From Bdellovibrionota bacterium (GTDB lineage: Bacteria > Bdellovibrionota_C > UBA2361 > OMIW01): a stretch of DNA of 36,431 nucleotides. The translations under genes were made by a program, and so were the position numbers. The stretch is from assembly GCA_044345055.1 (NCBI GenBank), contig JBIJBT010000022.1, positions 1 to 36,431 of the forward strand, in the 5' to 3' direction. Below the pieces are notes generated by a model that did not search any database, was not told where the DNA came from, and saw nothing but the letters and a program-made list of their open reading frames with translations. Positions 17,648 through 27,434 of the stretch are shown here, piece by piece; within the stretch, counting starts at the first letter, position 1, and each line of letters starts with the position of its first letter.

Positions 17648-18958
17648 ATGGACTTAGCACTCGCCCCTTCAAAGCACATCATGAAGAAAGCCCCGAAAAA
17701 GCGGACCGTAAATAGTAAGAACTCTCGCCAACAACAATCTGAGCAGCAGATTGTAAGGCGAGACCCTGCGCTGTCATCGAATCAATCCTGCGCTTCCGCT
17801 GATATTACCGCTGATATAATAGTCTCTGTTCCGATGGGTCAGGGAATCAAACAGATGCGGTGTCCCCGGCTCCCCGCCGCCATGCTCCTTGGATGTGTCG
17901 TTTCGCTTTTGTGCGCCGCGGGGTGGGCCGTGTTTGACTATTCTCGACTTGTAAAGTTGAGCCTAAATGAGCAACAAGCGGTAGACGAGTTATTACGCCG
18001 AAATGATGCGCTGTCGAAAGAGGCAGCTCAGTTAAAATCACAGATTGCACAACTGTCTTATCGGGTGAGAGCCGCGGCAACCCGTCAACGATGGCTTACC
18101 GATGAGGGAGCGCACTACATGCGAGCGGCAGAGCTTAGCGAAGCGGCTCCGCAGGTAAATGCCGAAGAAGATGAGTGGACCGCGTGGGGTGATGTTGAGG
18201 CTCAACCGCCTAGTGGTTCGCCCTCCCGTTTTAGCGGACACGGTGGAATAGGTGGCGCTGGGCGAAACTGCTCGGTCACTAAAGGAGAGTGCAAGCGAGG
18301 ATCAATCAAAGCCGCGAAGGTGTCCCGTCATAGATCACAAAAGGCCGTATTAAAAACAAGCACATCACAGCGGAGAGGCACATTTACTCGGCTTAAATCC
18401 TCGCCAATAGCAAATCGCTCCATTAAACCCTCAGTTAAACCGGCGAGCTTCAAAATTTCCTCACCCACATTACGCTCAGCTCCCCTCCTTCAACCGACCG
18501 CCGGCCGTATTACCTCGCATTTTGGTATTCGTCGATCTCCTTTCCGAAGAGGCCGACAGATGCACGAGGGTATGGATATCGACTGCACTACCGGTGCGCC
18601 GATTCGCGCTGCTGGTGCTGGAATGGTGCTCGCGGTGGGTCGGCATAGCAGTTACGGATTGGTTGTCGATATCGCTCACGGTGGTAGCGTAAAAACTCGC
18701 TACGCGCACCTTTCTTCAGCGTTAGTTCGCGCTGGCGCCCCCATCGCTCGCGGCACTGTCCTCGGTCGCTGTGGCTCGTCGGGAAGGTCTACCGGTGCTC
18801 ACCTTCATTTTGAGGTCCATCAAAACGGCTCTCCCGTTGACCCTCGCAGATACCTCTTCAGGGGCGATTCTTTACCAGGACGCTCATCGCGAAAAATTCA
18901 GGTTGCTTCAAGCAACCAAGTAGATAACAGATCCAAAGGAACTCGTCGGATCGGTTAA
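17648..18958 (+). CDS. M23 family metallopeptidase with TM helix and coiled coil
   Basis: ITSHFG.R..P, HEGMD (HxxxD), TRYAHL, GRSTGAHLHFEV; start uncertain (ATGs at 17648, 17681, 17833, 17855). Confidence 0.9.
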   Translation: MDLALAPSKHIMKKAPKKRTVNSKNSRQQQSEQQIVRRDPALSSNQSCASADITADIIVSVPMGQGIKQMRCPRLPAAMLLGCVVSLLCAAGWAVFDYSRLVKLSLNEQQAVDELLRRNDALSKEAAQLKSQIAQLSYRVRAAATRQRWLTDEGAHYMRAAELSEAAPQVNAEEDEWTAWGDVEAQPPSGSPSRFSGHGGIGGAGRNCSVTKGECKRGSIKAAKVSRHRSQKAVLKTSTSQRRGTFTRLKSSPIANRSIKPSVKPASFKISSPTLRSAPLLQPTAGRITSHFGIRRSPFRRGRQMHEGMDIDCTTGAPIRAAGAGMVLAVGRHSSYGLVVDIAHGGSVKTRYAHLSSALVRAGAPIARGTVLGRCGSSGRSTGAHLHFEVHQNGSPVDPRRYLFRGDSLPGRSSRKIQVASSNQVDNRSKGTRRIG

Positions 18959-19110
18959 TCGAAAAAGCTATCCCCTTCGATCAAAACTTTCCTCGTTGAC
19001 CAATTCTCTCTCCGGTGCTGTACTCGCTGAGAGGCAGCAGAGTTACCGTTCGCTAAATTACAAGCGGCGAATAGGTTTGGGCTGACCTCGAATCAATGGA
19101 GATTAACGGT

Positions 19111-19401
19111 ATGAGTAACCGAAAAGGATGGCGGTTCTTGGCGATGGTGCCGATGGTAGTCTGGCTTAGCGCAACTACCTCCGGGTGCTTTGTTGCCCGC
19201 GCGACAGGAGAGACCTTTGAAGCAGTTGGGGTTGGTATGGGTCGTGCGTTGGGAGGTGTGTCAAACGGTTTCGGACATGCTGTTGCGGGCACAGGTCGCG
19301 CTGTTACACGTGCGGCTAATAGCGGCTCCTCCGCAATGCCGCGATCTATTTCAGCAGACGCCGATCTTTCCTCTGATGACGATCAAGATATGAGGTTTTA
19401 A
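19111..19401 (+). CDS. Small predicted lipoprotein, Gly/Ala-rich
   Basis: Basic N-terminus, hydrophobic stretch and TSGC lipobox-like site; alternative start 19096. Confidence 0.65.
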   Translation: MSNRKGWRFLAMVPMVVWLSATTSGCFVARATGETFEAVGVGMGRALGGVSNGFGHAVAGTGRAVTRAANSGSSAMPRSISADADLSSDDDQDMRF

Positions 19402-19500
19402 TCAGATTCGCTCGGGGGTGGCTGTTGCTGCTCCAACAAAAAGGGGCTAAGGTCATTTAGATCGGTTGATATTGCCCCACCATCTCTCGAGGAGTCGTTA

Positions 19501-20151
19501 ATGAAGATAGAAACGATCGAGGTGACCCCTGTTGCCCAAAATTGTCGTATCCTCTCGGACCCGCAGACACGTTCCGCGCTAGTTATTGACCCGGGAGGCG
19601 AGGTCGATACGATATTGTCGATGCTGAAACGTGATGGGCTTACCCTTGAGCAGATCTGGTTGACTCACTCTCATTTTGATCATTGCGGAGGAGTTGCGGA
19701 GCTGAAAGAGGAAACCGGTGCGCCTCTTATTGCGCATCCTGATGAGTCTTTATTCCGAAAAAATGTTCTTCTTGCTGTCCAGCGGTGGCAGCTTCCGGAG
19801 GATGGATACCGAAATTGTCCCGAGCCAGATCGCACGGTAGTTGGTGGTGAGGAGCTTATTTGGGCGGGGTATTCATTTCGGGTGCTCCCAACACCGGGCC
19901 ACTCGCCGGGCCACGTTGCATTTTACTGTGCCTCTGAAAAATTTGTGCTTTCAGGAGACGCACTGTTTCAGGGTTCAATTGGCCGGACCGATCTCCCGGG
20001 CGGCAACCACCAAGAGCTTATAGAGAGTATTATCGGGCAGCTCCTCTCACTCCCTGATGGAACGCGCGTTCTTTCTGGTCACGGTCCTGACACAACAATA
20101 GGACGAGAGCGCACCCATAATCGATACCTGAGCGAAACGTTGCACGGTTGA
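19501..20151 (+). CDS. MBL-fold metallo-hydrolase (glyoxalase II-like)
   Basis: THSHFDH, TPGHSPG, SGDALF..SIGRTDLPGG, GHG motifs; GAGGAG RBS. Confidence 0.93.
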   Translation: MKIETIEVTPVAQNCRILSDPQTRSALVIDPGGEVDTILSMLKRDGLTLEQIWLTHSHFDHCGGVAELKEETGAPLIAHPDESLFRKNVLLAVQRWQLPEDGYRNCPEPDRTVVGGEELIWAGYSFRVLPTPGHSPGHVAFYCASEKFVLSGDALFQGSIGRTDLPGGNHQELIESIIGQLLSLPDGTRVLSGHGPDTTIGRERTHNRYLSETLHG

Positions 20152-20167
20152 TAGGTTCACATCTGCT

Positions 20168-21463
20168 ATGGCCGCTTCCTTTGCTGCTTCTCCTTCCCTC
20201 ACGAAACGTGCCGTCCCTCGCCGAATCGTTCTTGGCGTTACCGGTTCTATAGCCGCATATCGCGCTCCTGACATAATACGCCGACTCCAGGAGGACGGCT
20301 GCGCCGTGCGAGTAGTTATGACCCACTCCGCGCGTCAGGTGGTTGGAGTGGCGACGTGTGAAGTTATATCGCAACACCCTTGTATGGGGGAGTTTTGGTC
20401 ATCTTCTGTATCCTCTGGTTCTGAGCAGGGTGGTGAGCACTCGGCTGAAATTGAACATATCGCGTGGGGTGATTGGGCTGATGCAATCGTTATCGCGCCA
20501 GCGACCGCGGATTGCATCGCTAAGATTCGGCTCGGTATCGCTGACACTCCACTTCTTGCGACGGTGCTCGCAGCGCGGTGCCCACTCATCATTGCGCCAG
20601 CGATGAACTGTAATATGTGGACAAGTGCGCCGATTCGTGAACATGTCGAGGCGTTGCGGGCACGGGGAGTTATTTTCGTTGGACCAGAGGAAGGGTCCCT
20701 CGCGTGTGGATGGCAGGGCGCTGGGCGACTCGCAAATATCGATGCAATCGTTGGAGCGGTTTGTCGACTGGGGGCAGCGCAAGATCTTGCGGGGCACCAT
20801 ATCGTTGTTACTCTCGGTCCGACACGAGAGAGAATAGATCCCGTTCGCTTTCTAACAAATCGTTCATCCGGAAAAATGGGGTGTGCCGTTATTGCAGCCG
20901 CGCTTGCGCGGGGAGCAACGGTTACCGCGATTCATGGCCCCTTGGCTGTGCCGATTCCACAAGGAGCGGTGCGGGCTATTCCTGTTGAGTCTGCACTTGA
21001 GATGGAGCAGGCGGTGCATAGAGTTGTCTTTGAGGAGGAACCACACCCCTCAGTGTTGGTGATGGCCGCCGCAGTGTCTGATTATCGTCCTCGATATCCG
21101 TCGATGGAGAAGCTGAAACGATCGGGAGGTGACGATGGGACAATTTCCCTAGTGCTCGAGCAGAACCCCGATATAATCGCAGGGGTTGCACACCGAAGAG
21201 GTAATTCTGCCGCGCCGTTTCTTGTTGGATTTGCGGTCGAATCGATAGAACATGGTGAGCGTTTAATCGCTGAGTTCAACCGCAAACGAGCCGCAAAAGG
21301 GGTCGAAATCTTGGTTGGAAATCGAGGTGATGATGCGTTCGATGCCGACACTAATGTCGCGTATCTTATCGATGGAATGAGTGAGGTTGAGCCGATTGCA
21401 GCGGATAAACGAGAGGTTGCTGACGCTATTCTTGATCGGATTGTTGCATTTTGGGAGCGATAA
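20168..21463 (+). CDS. coaBC: Bifunctional phosphopantothenoylcysteine decarboxylase/synthase
   Basis: LGVTGSIAAY, APATA, APAMN, GSLACG..GAGRL, IDPVRFLTNRSSGKMG, AAAVSDY. Confidence 0.96.
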   Translation: MAASFAASPSLTKRAVPRRIVLGVTGSIAAYRAPDIIRRLQEDGCAVRVVMTHSARQVVGVATCEVISQHPCMGEFWSSSVSSGSEQGGEHSAEIEHIAWGDWADAIVIAPATADCIAKIRLGIADTPLLATVLAARCPLIIAPAMNCNMWTSAPIREHVEALRARGVIFVGPEEGSLACGWQGAGRLANIDAIVGAVCRLGAAQDLAGHHIVVTLGPTRERIDPVRFLTNRSSGKMGCAVIAAALARGATVTAIHGPLAVPIPQGAVRAIPVESALEMEQAVHRVVFEEEPHPSVLVMAAAVSDYRPRYPSMEKLKRSGGDDGTISLVLEQNPDIIAGVAHRRGNSAAPFLVGFAVESIEHGERLIAEFNRKRAAKGVEILVGNRGDDAFDADTNVAYLIDGMSEVEPIAADKREVADAILDRIVAFWER

Positions 21464-21509
21464 CGGCGCAGTAATAGCGGGGTAGCGATACGACACCATA
21501 CGGGGCATC

Positions 21510-22034
21510 ATGGAGGAAGATACACTCAATTATCGTGAGGAATTACTGCGGACGGTTGAGGCACTTGCTCGGCGATGGTACCGATCTGGGGTGCCGCGTG
21601 AGCTCTTTCGAAACGCGCTTGCTGAGGCCCTCGCAGCGGCCTCCGATTGCGAGGATGAGAATCGTGGTGACGTGGATGGTGAAAGCACTGAACAGGGCTT
21701 GCTCCGCGCGGTGTTTGTCGTTCCAGCTCCGCTCAATAGCGATGACGAGGCGTTTTTGAAACGAGCTGTAACTCAGGGATTACGGTGGAATTGGGACGAA
21801 ATCGCTGTTGTAGTAAATGGTAGTCTTAATCGAGTGATGCCGATGGTGCCGATAGTTCGGTGTGGTGTTGATGCACTGTCCGATGCACCCGATAGCAAGC
21901 GGGTCGAATCGGCGGATATTGATGAGGCTAGAGCGCCACACACGACGGGGATATCAACGGTATCTATTAGTGATGCGCGAAGCTCTCCTCAAGCAAAGCG
22001 GCAACTATGGTCGGATCTGCAGAGGCTGCTCTAG
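21510..22034 (+). CDS. Hypothetical protein, probable degenerate uracil-DNA glycosylase family 4 homologue
   Basis: FLKRAVTQGLRWNWDEI and C-terminal SPQAKRQLWSDLQ resemble UDG-F4 segments; position after coaBC; catalytic motifs not seen. Confidence 0.55.
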   Translation: MEEDTLNYREELLRTVEALARRWYRSGVPRELFRNALAEALAAASDCEDENRGDVDGESTEQGLLRAVFVVPAPLNSDDEAFLKRAVTQGLRWNWDEIAVVVNGSLNRVMPMVPIVRCGVDALSDAPDSKRVESADIDEARAPHTTGISTVSISDARSSPQAKRQLWSDLQRLL

Positions 22035-22090
22035 GCGCAAAAAAAAGAGTCGGTCCTCAGAGTCATTCAAAAGATATGCGAGGGGTAGTT

Positions 22091-23533
22091 ATGAAATATT
22101 CGCGATTCCACCACTCTAAATCGAATCCGTCCGTTACTCCGACACCTAGAGATTATTTCCGCCCATTCATTCTCGCCTTTGTTCTTGCAGCAATCGGCTT
22201 CCTCCTACCTCAGAATGCAGTCTCAGAAACCCCAAAAAACTCGCAAAAATCTGAAAAAAATGTGAATGCGTCCACTTCAACAAAGGGCGCTCCTGCTGTT
22301 GCAACAGAGGGAAGAGTTGTTATGCTTCCGACCGAGATGCTCATTTTGCCCGGAACCGCTGAGTACATTAAGGGGGTAGTTGAAGCAGCTGCGAGCACCA
22401 ACACTCGACTGATAATTATCGAACTCTCAACTCCCGGTGGAATGCTCTCCTCAACAGAGGAGATCGTAAAAACTCTCTTTCGATCCACTGTTCCGATAGT
22501 GGTTTATGTCTCTCCCGCCGGCGGAACAGCGACCTCAGCGGGGCTTTTTGTGACGATGGCAGCTCACATCGCAGCGATGGCGCCTGGCACCACGATAGGG
22601 GCAGCTCATCCTGTCGGTGGTCAGGGAGAAAATGTCGAAGGGGACATGAGAGCAAAAATTGAGAATGCAACTATGAGCATGGTTCGATCTATTGCTGACG
22701 AGCGGGATCGAAATGTGGTCTGGGCTGAGAAAGCGGTAAAAGAGAGCGCCTCAGCAACCGCGACAGAGGCATTGTCGTTGGGAGTTATTGATCTTATCGC
22801 CGAGTCACGCAGTGAGTTACTGCGGCTTATCGCGGGAAAAACTATAAAAACAGCGACGGGCTCGGTCGTGTTGGAGGACTATTCAGCCCTACCCATTACC
22901 GTTGAGCAGCTCTCACTCAGGGGCCGCATCGTTAATGTTTTGGCTAATCCTGCTGTGATTGCGCTGTTGTGGGTCGGCGCATCGGCGGGGCTTGGAGTCG
23001 AAATTTACAACCCGGGGTTAATTCTTCCCGGAGTTGTCGGAGTCCTATGCCTTCTCGCAGCTCTCACCGTTTCAGAGATAATTCCAATTACGATGATGGG
23101 AATTACCTTTCTTGTTGCGGGTGGATTGCTGCTTGCTTTAGAGCTTGTGCTGCCCTCCGGTGCCCTCGCTATAGGGGGAATCGTAGCAATTGCGCTTGGT
23201 GCCACGACCCTTATCGATGTAACGCGGGCACCCGATCTCTCGATGGCATATTCTGTTATCATCCCAATTTTGGCCGTTGTCTCTGGATTTATCTTTTTCA
23301 TCGGATACAAAGTTGCAGCAACCCGTCGACAAAAACCCTCCGTTGGTTTTAGCGCGATGACGGGATTGGTTGGAACGGTACTGGAGGTCCTTGAGAGTGG
23401 GCTTCGAATTGAGGTGCGCGGGGAAAAATGGATTGCTCGCTCAATAGAGAGCGGCGAAAAGTTTGATAGAGGCGATTCAGTTGTTGTTGTTTCGCATCAG
23501 GGGAATATTTTGCTTGTTAAGAGGAGGGTGTAA
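22091..23533 (+). CDS. nfeD: NfeD family membrane-bound serine protease (long form)
   Basis: LSTPGG, VYVSPAGG.ATSAG, AAMAPGTTIGAAHPV, TM block, C-terminal OB domain with GEKWIARS; adjacent to SPFH gene. Confidence 0.93.
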   Translation: MKYSRFHHSKSNPSVTPTPRDYFRPFILAFVLAAIGFLLPQNAVSETPKNSQKSEKNVNASTSTKGAPAVATEGRVVMLPTEMLILPGTAEYIKGVVEAAASTNTRLIIIELSTPGGMLSSTEEIVKTLFRSTVPIVVYVSPAGGTATSAGLFVTMAAHIAAMAPGTTIGAAHPVGGQGENVEGDMRAKIENATMSMVRSIADERDRNVVWAEKAVKESASATATEALSLGVIDLIAESRSELLRLIAGKTIKTATGSVVLEDYSALPITVEQLSLRGRIVNVLANPAVIALLWVGASAGLGVEIYNPGLILPGVVGVLCLLAALTVSEIIPITMMGITFLVAGGLLLALELVLPSGALAIGGIVAIALGATTLIDVTRAPDLSMAYSVIIPILAVVSGFIFFIGYKVAATRRQKPSVGFSAMTGLVGTVLEVLESGLRIEVRGEKWIARSIESGEKFDRGDSVVVVSHQGNILLVKRRV

Positions 23534-24297
23534 TGGCTTTTATCTCTGGATTGTTACCGATATTTATTTTCGCTATTGCTGTCGGAAGAATGGCCTTTAA
23601 GGTTATCGATCAATACGAGGCAGGAGTAATTTTTCGATTCGGACGATTAGGCCCTCTGAAGGCTCCAGGTCTTCGCTTTATTCTACCATTTGTTGACCGC
23701 TTGGTGATAGTCGATCAACGAACAATCACTATCGATATTCCCCAACAAGATGTCATCACCAAAGATAACGTCTCGGTAAAGGTTAGTGCGATACTCGCAT
23801 TTAAAGTGATGGATCCAGTCGCTGCGGTGGTAAATGTAGATAGCTATCTTGCGCTAACAAGCCGCCTCGCTCAGACAACGCTTCGGAGTGTATGCGGTCA
23901 GGCTGAGCTAGATGAGCTACTTGTGAATCGCGAACAGATCAACGATCGGATTCAAGATATCATCGATCACCAGACTGCCGCGTGGGGAGTTAAAGTCACC
24001 ATCGTCGAGATTCGGGATATTGATCTTCCGCAGGACATGCAGCGTGCAATGGCCCGACAGGCCGAAGCAGAGCGAGAACGCCGCGCAAAAATTATCAAAG
24101 CAGAGGGAGAGTATCAGGCTGCAGAAAAGCTTACCGAAGCGGCCGAGATAATGAGCAGAAACGATACAACGATTCAGCTCCGTTATCTTGAGACACTTCG
24201 CGATATATCGGTGGAGCAAAACTCGACGATCCTATTCCCCTTGCCGATAGAGATGCTAAAAGCTTTCGGCAAGCGATCTTCTGATAATAGTCAATAG
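23533..24297 (+). CDS. Stomatin-like SPFH/band-7 (slipin) protein
   Basis: FRFGR, QDVITKDNVSV, AQTTLRSV, QAEAERERRAKII.AEGE, QLRYLETL. Confidence 0.95.
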   Translation: MAFISGLLPIFIFAIAVGRMAFKVIDQYEAGVIFRFGRLGPLKAPGLRFILPFVDRLVIVDQRTITIDIPQQDVITKDNVSVKVSAILAFKVMDPVAAVVNVDSYLALTSRLAQTTLRSVCGQAELDELLVNREQINDRIQDIIDHQTAAWGVKVTIVEIRDIDLPQDMQRAMARQAEAERERRAKIIKAEGEYQAAEKLTEAAEIMSRNDTTIQLRYLETLRDISVEQNSTILFPLPIEMLKAFGKRSSDNSQ

Positions 24298-24314
24298 CCG
24301 ACAAGAACTTTCCG

Positions 24315-25400
24315 ATGAAGCAACCATCTATTAAAAATTCCTCGACACTGCCTCCTATCTGGGCACTCGTAGCGGTTTTGCTGCTTGCCGGAGGATGGTT
24401 GCTTTTGCAGCTCAAGGAGATGATCGTTTTGCTTGTCGTGGGATACGCCATCGCGTATGTCATGCGACCAGCGCTTCTTTTCCTCGAGAAAAGGGGAGTC
24501 GGACGAACGGCGGGTTGCATCTTGATATTTGGGCTATCGGGAGCACTTTTTTTTGTGCTCGCTATTACAATATTACCAACGATCCTTTCCGAGCTTACTC
24601 AGCTGGCAAACCGCCTCCCCGAGCTCATTCCCACCGCGCGGGAGCGTCTCCTAGCCCACTATCACCGTATCCACGACTACATTCCAAAGACCTATCATCG
24701 GCAGCTCGATGACGCTACTAGCTCGCTGGTTCCATCATTTGGACCCAAGGCAATTCAGGGCATCCTCGGAGGAATGGCATCTGCGCTTTTGAGTGGCTAC
24801 TCACTCACCCTAACCCTAGTCAACATCGCTCTTCTTCCATTTATTGTGTACTACCTTGCGGTAGATTTTGAGGAGATGCACAAAAAAGCCCTAGCTCTTT
24901 TTCCAAAGCACCTCCGAAAATCGGTGCGCGAGATGGCACAAGAGGTAGACATTCTGATGTCAGCCTTCGTACGAGGCCAATTCGTAGTTGGATTTCTCCT
25001 AACCCTACTATTTATGGTCGCTCTCGGATTGATCGGTATTGAGCTCTGGTTTGCGATCGCACTTATCTCGGGCTTTGGCAATTTAGTGCCCTATTTAGGT
25101 TCACTAATAGGAATCCTCCTAGCATCACTGATGGCGCTAGTTACCTTCGGCGATCTTCAACACCTTGTCTTCATATGGGCCGCCTTTGGATTAATCCAAT
25201 TTATCGAGGGTTCCTTCATAACCCCTCATGTCGTTGGCGACAAAGTCGGCCTCTCCCCCCTAGCAGTAATCCTCGCCATCTTCGCCTTCGGCAAACTCCT
25301 CGGCCTCCTAGGAGTTTTCCTCGCCGTACCCTTTGCCGCAATATTCCGAGTAACAACTCGCCAGGGGCATCGTTGGTTGTTGGAGCAGATGGAGAGGTGA
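24315..25400 (+). CDS. AI-2E family transporter (PerM-like)
   Basis: Multi-TM; FVRGQ, VPYLG, QFIEGSFITPHVVG..VGLSP, G.LLG.LG.FLAVP. Confidence 0.92.
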   Translation: MKQPSIKNSSTLPPIWALVAVLLLAGGWLLLQLKEMIVLLVVGYAIAYVMRPALLFLEKRGVGRTAGCILIFGLSGALFFVLAITILPTILSELTQLANRLPELIPTARERLLAHYHRIHDYIPKTYHRQLDDATSSLVPSFGPKAIQGILGGMASALLSGYSLTLTLVNIALLPFIVYYLAVDFEEMHKKALALFPKHLRKSVREMAQEVDILMSAFVRGQFVVGFLLTLLFMVALGLIGIELWFAIALISGFGNLVPYLGSLIGILLASLMALVTFGDLQHLVFIWAAFGLIQFIEGSFITPHVVGDKVGLSPLAVILAIFAFGKLLGLLGVFLAVPFAAIFRVTTRQGHRWLLEQMER

Positions 25401-25566
25401 GGGGAGGGATTATGTTGAAAAAAATAAAATCAAGGACTGTGATCCCCTTACTGATGAATATCACGTCTTAACCTGAGACACGCTTAAGGAAATAAAGACT
25501 TTCCCCGCATTTATAAAAATTAGTAGCCGATCCCAACTATAAGCCATCTAAAAAATAGAGGCCAAA

Positions 25567-26321
25567 ATGATGCAACAGATAGCATTTTCAAATAGGGAAG
25601 TTCAAAGCGTTCGTGCTGCAAACTCGTTTGGAAAAAGCGTGCCCTCAGGTATCCAGGCTCTAACCAGCTCCGAATTCTCCGAAATAAATTCGCAGGACAC
25701 AGGAATCATAGTTAAATCGCTTGCGGAATTTTACTCTCCGTCGGACATCAAATCCATTAAGGATGGCTATCCTGAACCCGAGCACGAACGGAGAGGAAAA
25801 ATTGTGTTATTTCACTCCGCGCCTGAGTCGAAATAATCTTTATATTTCCAATTACACGCAGATTTCTGGGATTTTTATGAAAATAATGAAGCTTTGAGAA
25901 GATTGTGCAATGCAATGGGCGATGAAATTTTGAACAGCATCCCCATTGAAGAGCGAAACTTATGGAACAAAAGTACATGGTACGTTGCAATGGAGTGGTC
26001 GGATGGTACTGGAGAACTTGCATATGACCACCGTCAACATGTACATCGTGATCAAATCGTAGCCACACTAACACTAGAAGGTAGCGGTACGATAGCGAAA
26101 TCCCGCGATTAGATATCTCTGGGATGAGTCATCAGGAGGTTTACGATCAAGCAGACAGCATTGACGGATATATTTATCAAGCTGCTCCAGGTGAGCTTAT
26201 GATCATTAATGGAGTTCACCATCCCAGTGGAGGCTTGCATGCTGCTCCTCAAAATAATTCGTCACGTCCCGAGCGTTTAATCATTTTCGTCTCTATTGAA
26301 AAACCTGTATCTCTTCCTTAG
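25567..26321 (+). pseudogene. Disrupted DUF1826-like / 2OG-Fe(II) oxygenase-fold gene
   Basis: Three ORF fragments join: in-frame TAA at 25834-25836, frameshift near 26100; HRD...TLEGSGT...GELMIING...GGLHAAP...ERLIIFV pattern. Confidence 0.7.
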
Positions 26322-26374
26322 CCTTGCAGCAGAGATAAATACAGAGCTCCGTCTCTAACGAATCGTACTTAATA

Positions 26375-26546
26375 GTGAATTGTGGAAGCCAAATCGCAGA
26401 CCTATATGCCCCTGAGATTACGAGAGGGGGGTCCGGCAGACGTCGATAGACGTTTGGGCGACGCACACAAAATCGGGCTAACAGCGATTTTGTGTGCTTG
26501 GAGCCGCCCTGGAAAAACCCATGGAGGGGGTTTTTCCAGGGCCAAC
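26375..26546 (-). mobile_element. MITE-like multi-palindrome repeat, copy 3 (inverted, variant 3' module)
   Basis: 26429-26546 is the reverse complement of the first about 115 bp of copies 1 and 2; TA at 26547-26548; far boundary at 26375 (TA-GTG) is tentative. Confidence 0.7.
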
Positions 26547-26590
26547 TATTTAAGAGCCCAGCTATCAATATTCACCGTTTAGTTTTTTTA

Positions 26591-27373
26591 CTATGCAGAG
26601 AATTTACGGAACCACTTTTCGGTTCTTTTAAAAAGCTCATTAGCCACACCCTCTTCGGAGAACGAGTGAGTAGCTCCAGCTATCGCTACAAGCTGCTTTC
26701 GCGATGTTAGGTGTTTGTAATACCTTTTGCTACTCTCAACCAGTAGTGCGCCATCTCCAGCGGCGTAACATATCTGGCTTGGAGTTTTAATATTTGAAAT
26801 AAGGGTTAGTTCACAGGGGAATTGAATCATTCCTTGCTCGAATCTTTCTGATAATAACAGCTCAGACCCGCTGCCGATTAGGTACTTTGAATCTGAGGAG
26901 GTTGTCGAATGAAACGATGAATTTGGTGGATGTTCGATAAACGATGAACAATCCCAAAAGCTCAGCGCGGAAAATCTGTCCGTAAGAGTTTGCAAAAGGG
27001 TCAGACCTCCGAAAGAGTGGCCTACCCCATAAATCGTCTCAAATCCTCGGTCTTTCAATCGTCTAACAACAGTATTTACATCCTGAGAATGCTGTTTAAG
27101 ATCGGATGTCATCAAGGTACGCGCACCTTTTTTTCAGTGGTACAGGTTAATCCGACAATACGCATATCCTCTTTTTCTAAAATACCAGCTACCAAGAAGC
27201 ATCGGTGGCCATAATTCAGAACATGCGAGACCGTGAATAAATAAAACGATCCCTTTTGGTTTTTCAGAGGGATACCCGATTGTCGTGTAGATTCGCTTCT
27301 GATCGGGAGCAATAAAGATAACCTCCTCCTCGAGTATCTGACCTGAGCCGTGATTAACTTGTTTACGGGACAT
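26591..27373 (-). pseudogene. Alpha/beta hydrolase interrupted by one in-frame TGA
   Basis: ORFs 27134..27373 and 26591..27115 are in the same frame (LYH-TGA-KKGARTL); FIHGL oxyanion motif, GHSFGG nucleophile, GATHSF His. Confidence 0.82.
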
Positions 27374-27434
27374 GAAAAAATAAATCCTTTAAAGAGCAGA
27401 CTTGCTCGATTTCTGGGTGATCTGAAGATTTTTC

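Noticed and set aside
26591..27373. Genome-wide TGA recoding
   Set aside because: Several conserved genes here end at TGA at their expected lengths (e.g. 10871, 12700, 15638, 17429, 20151).
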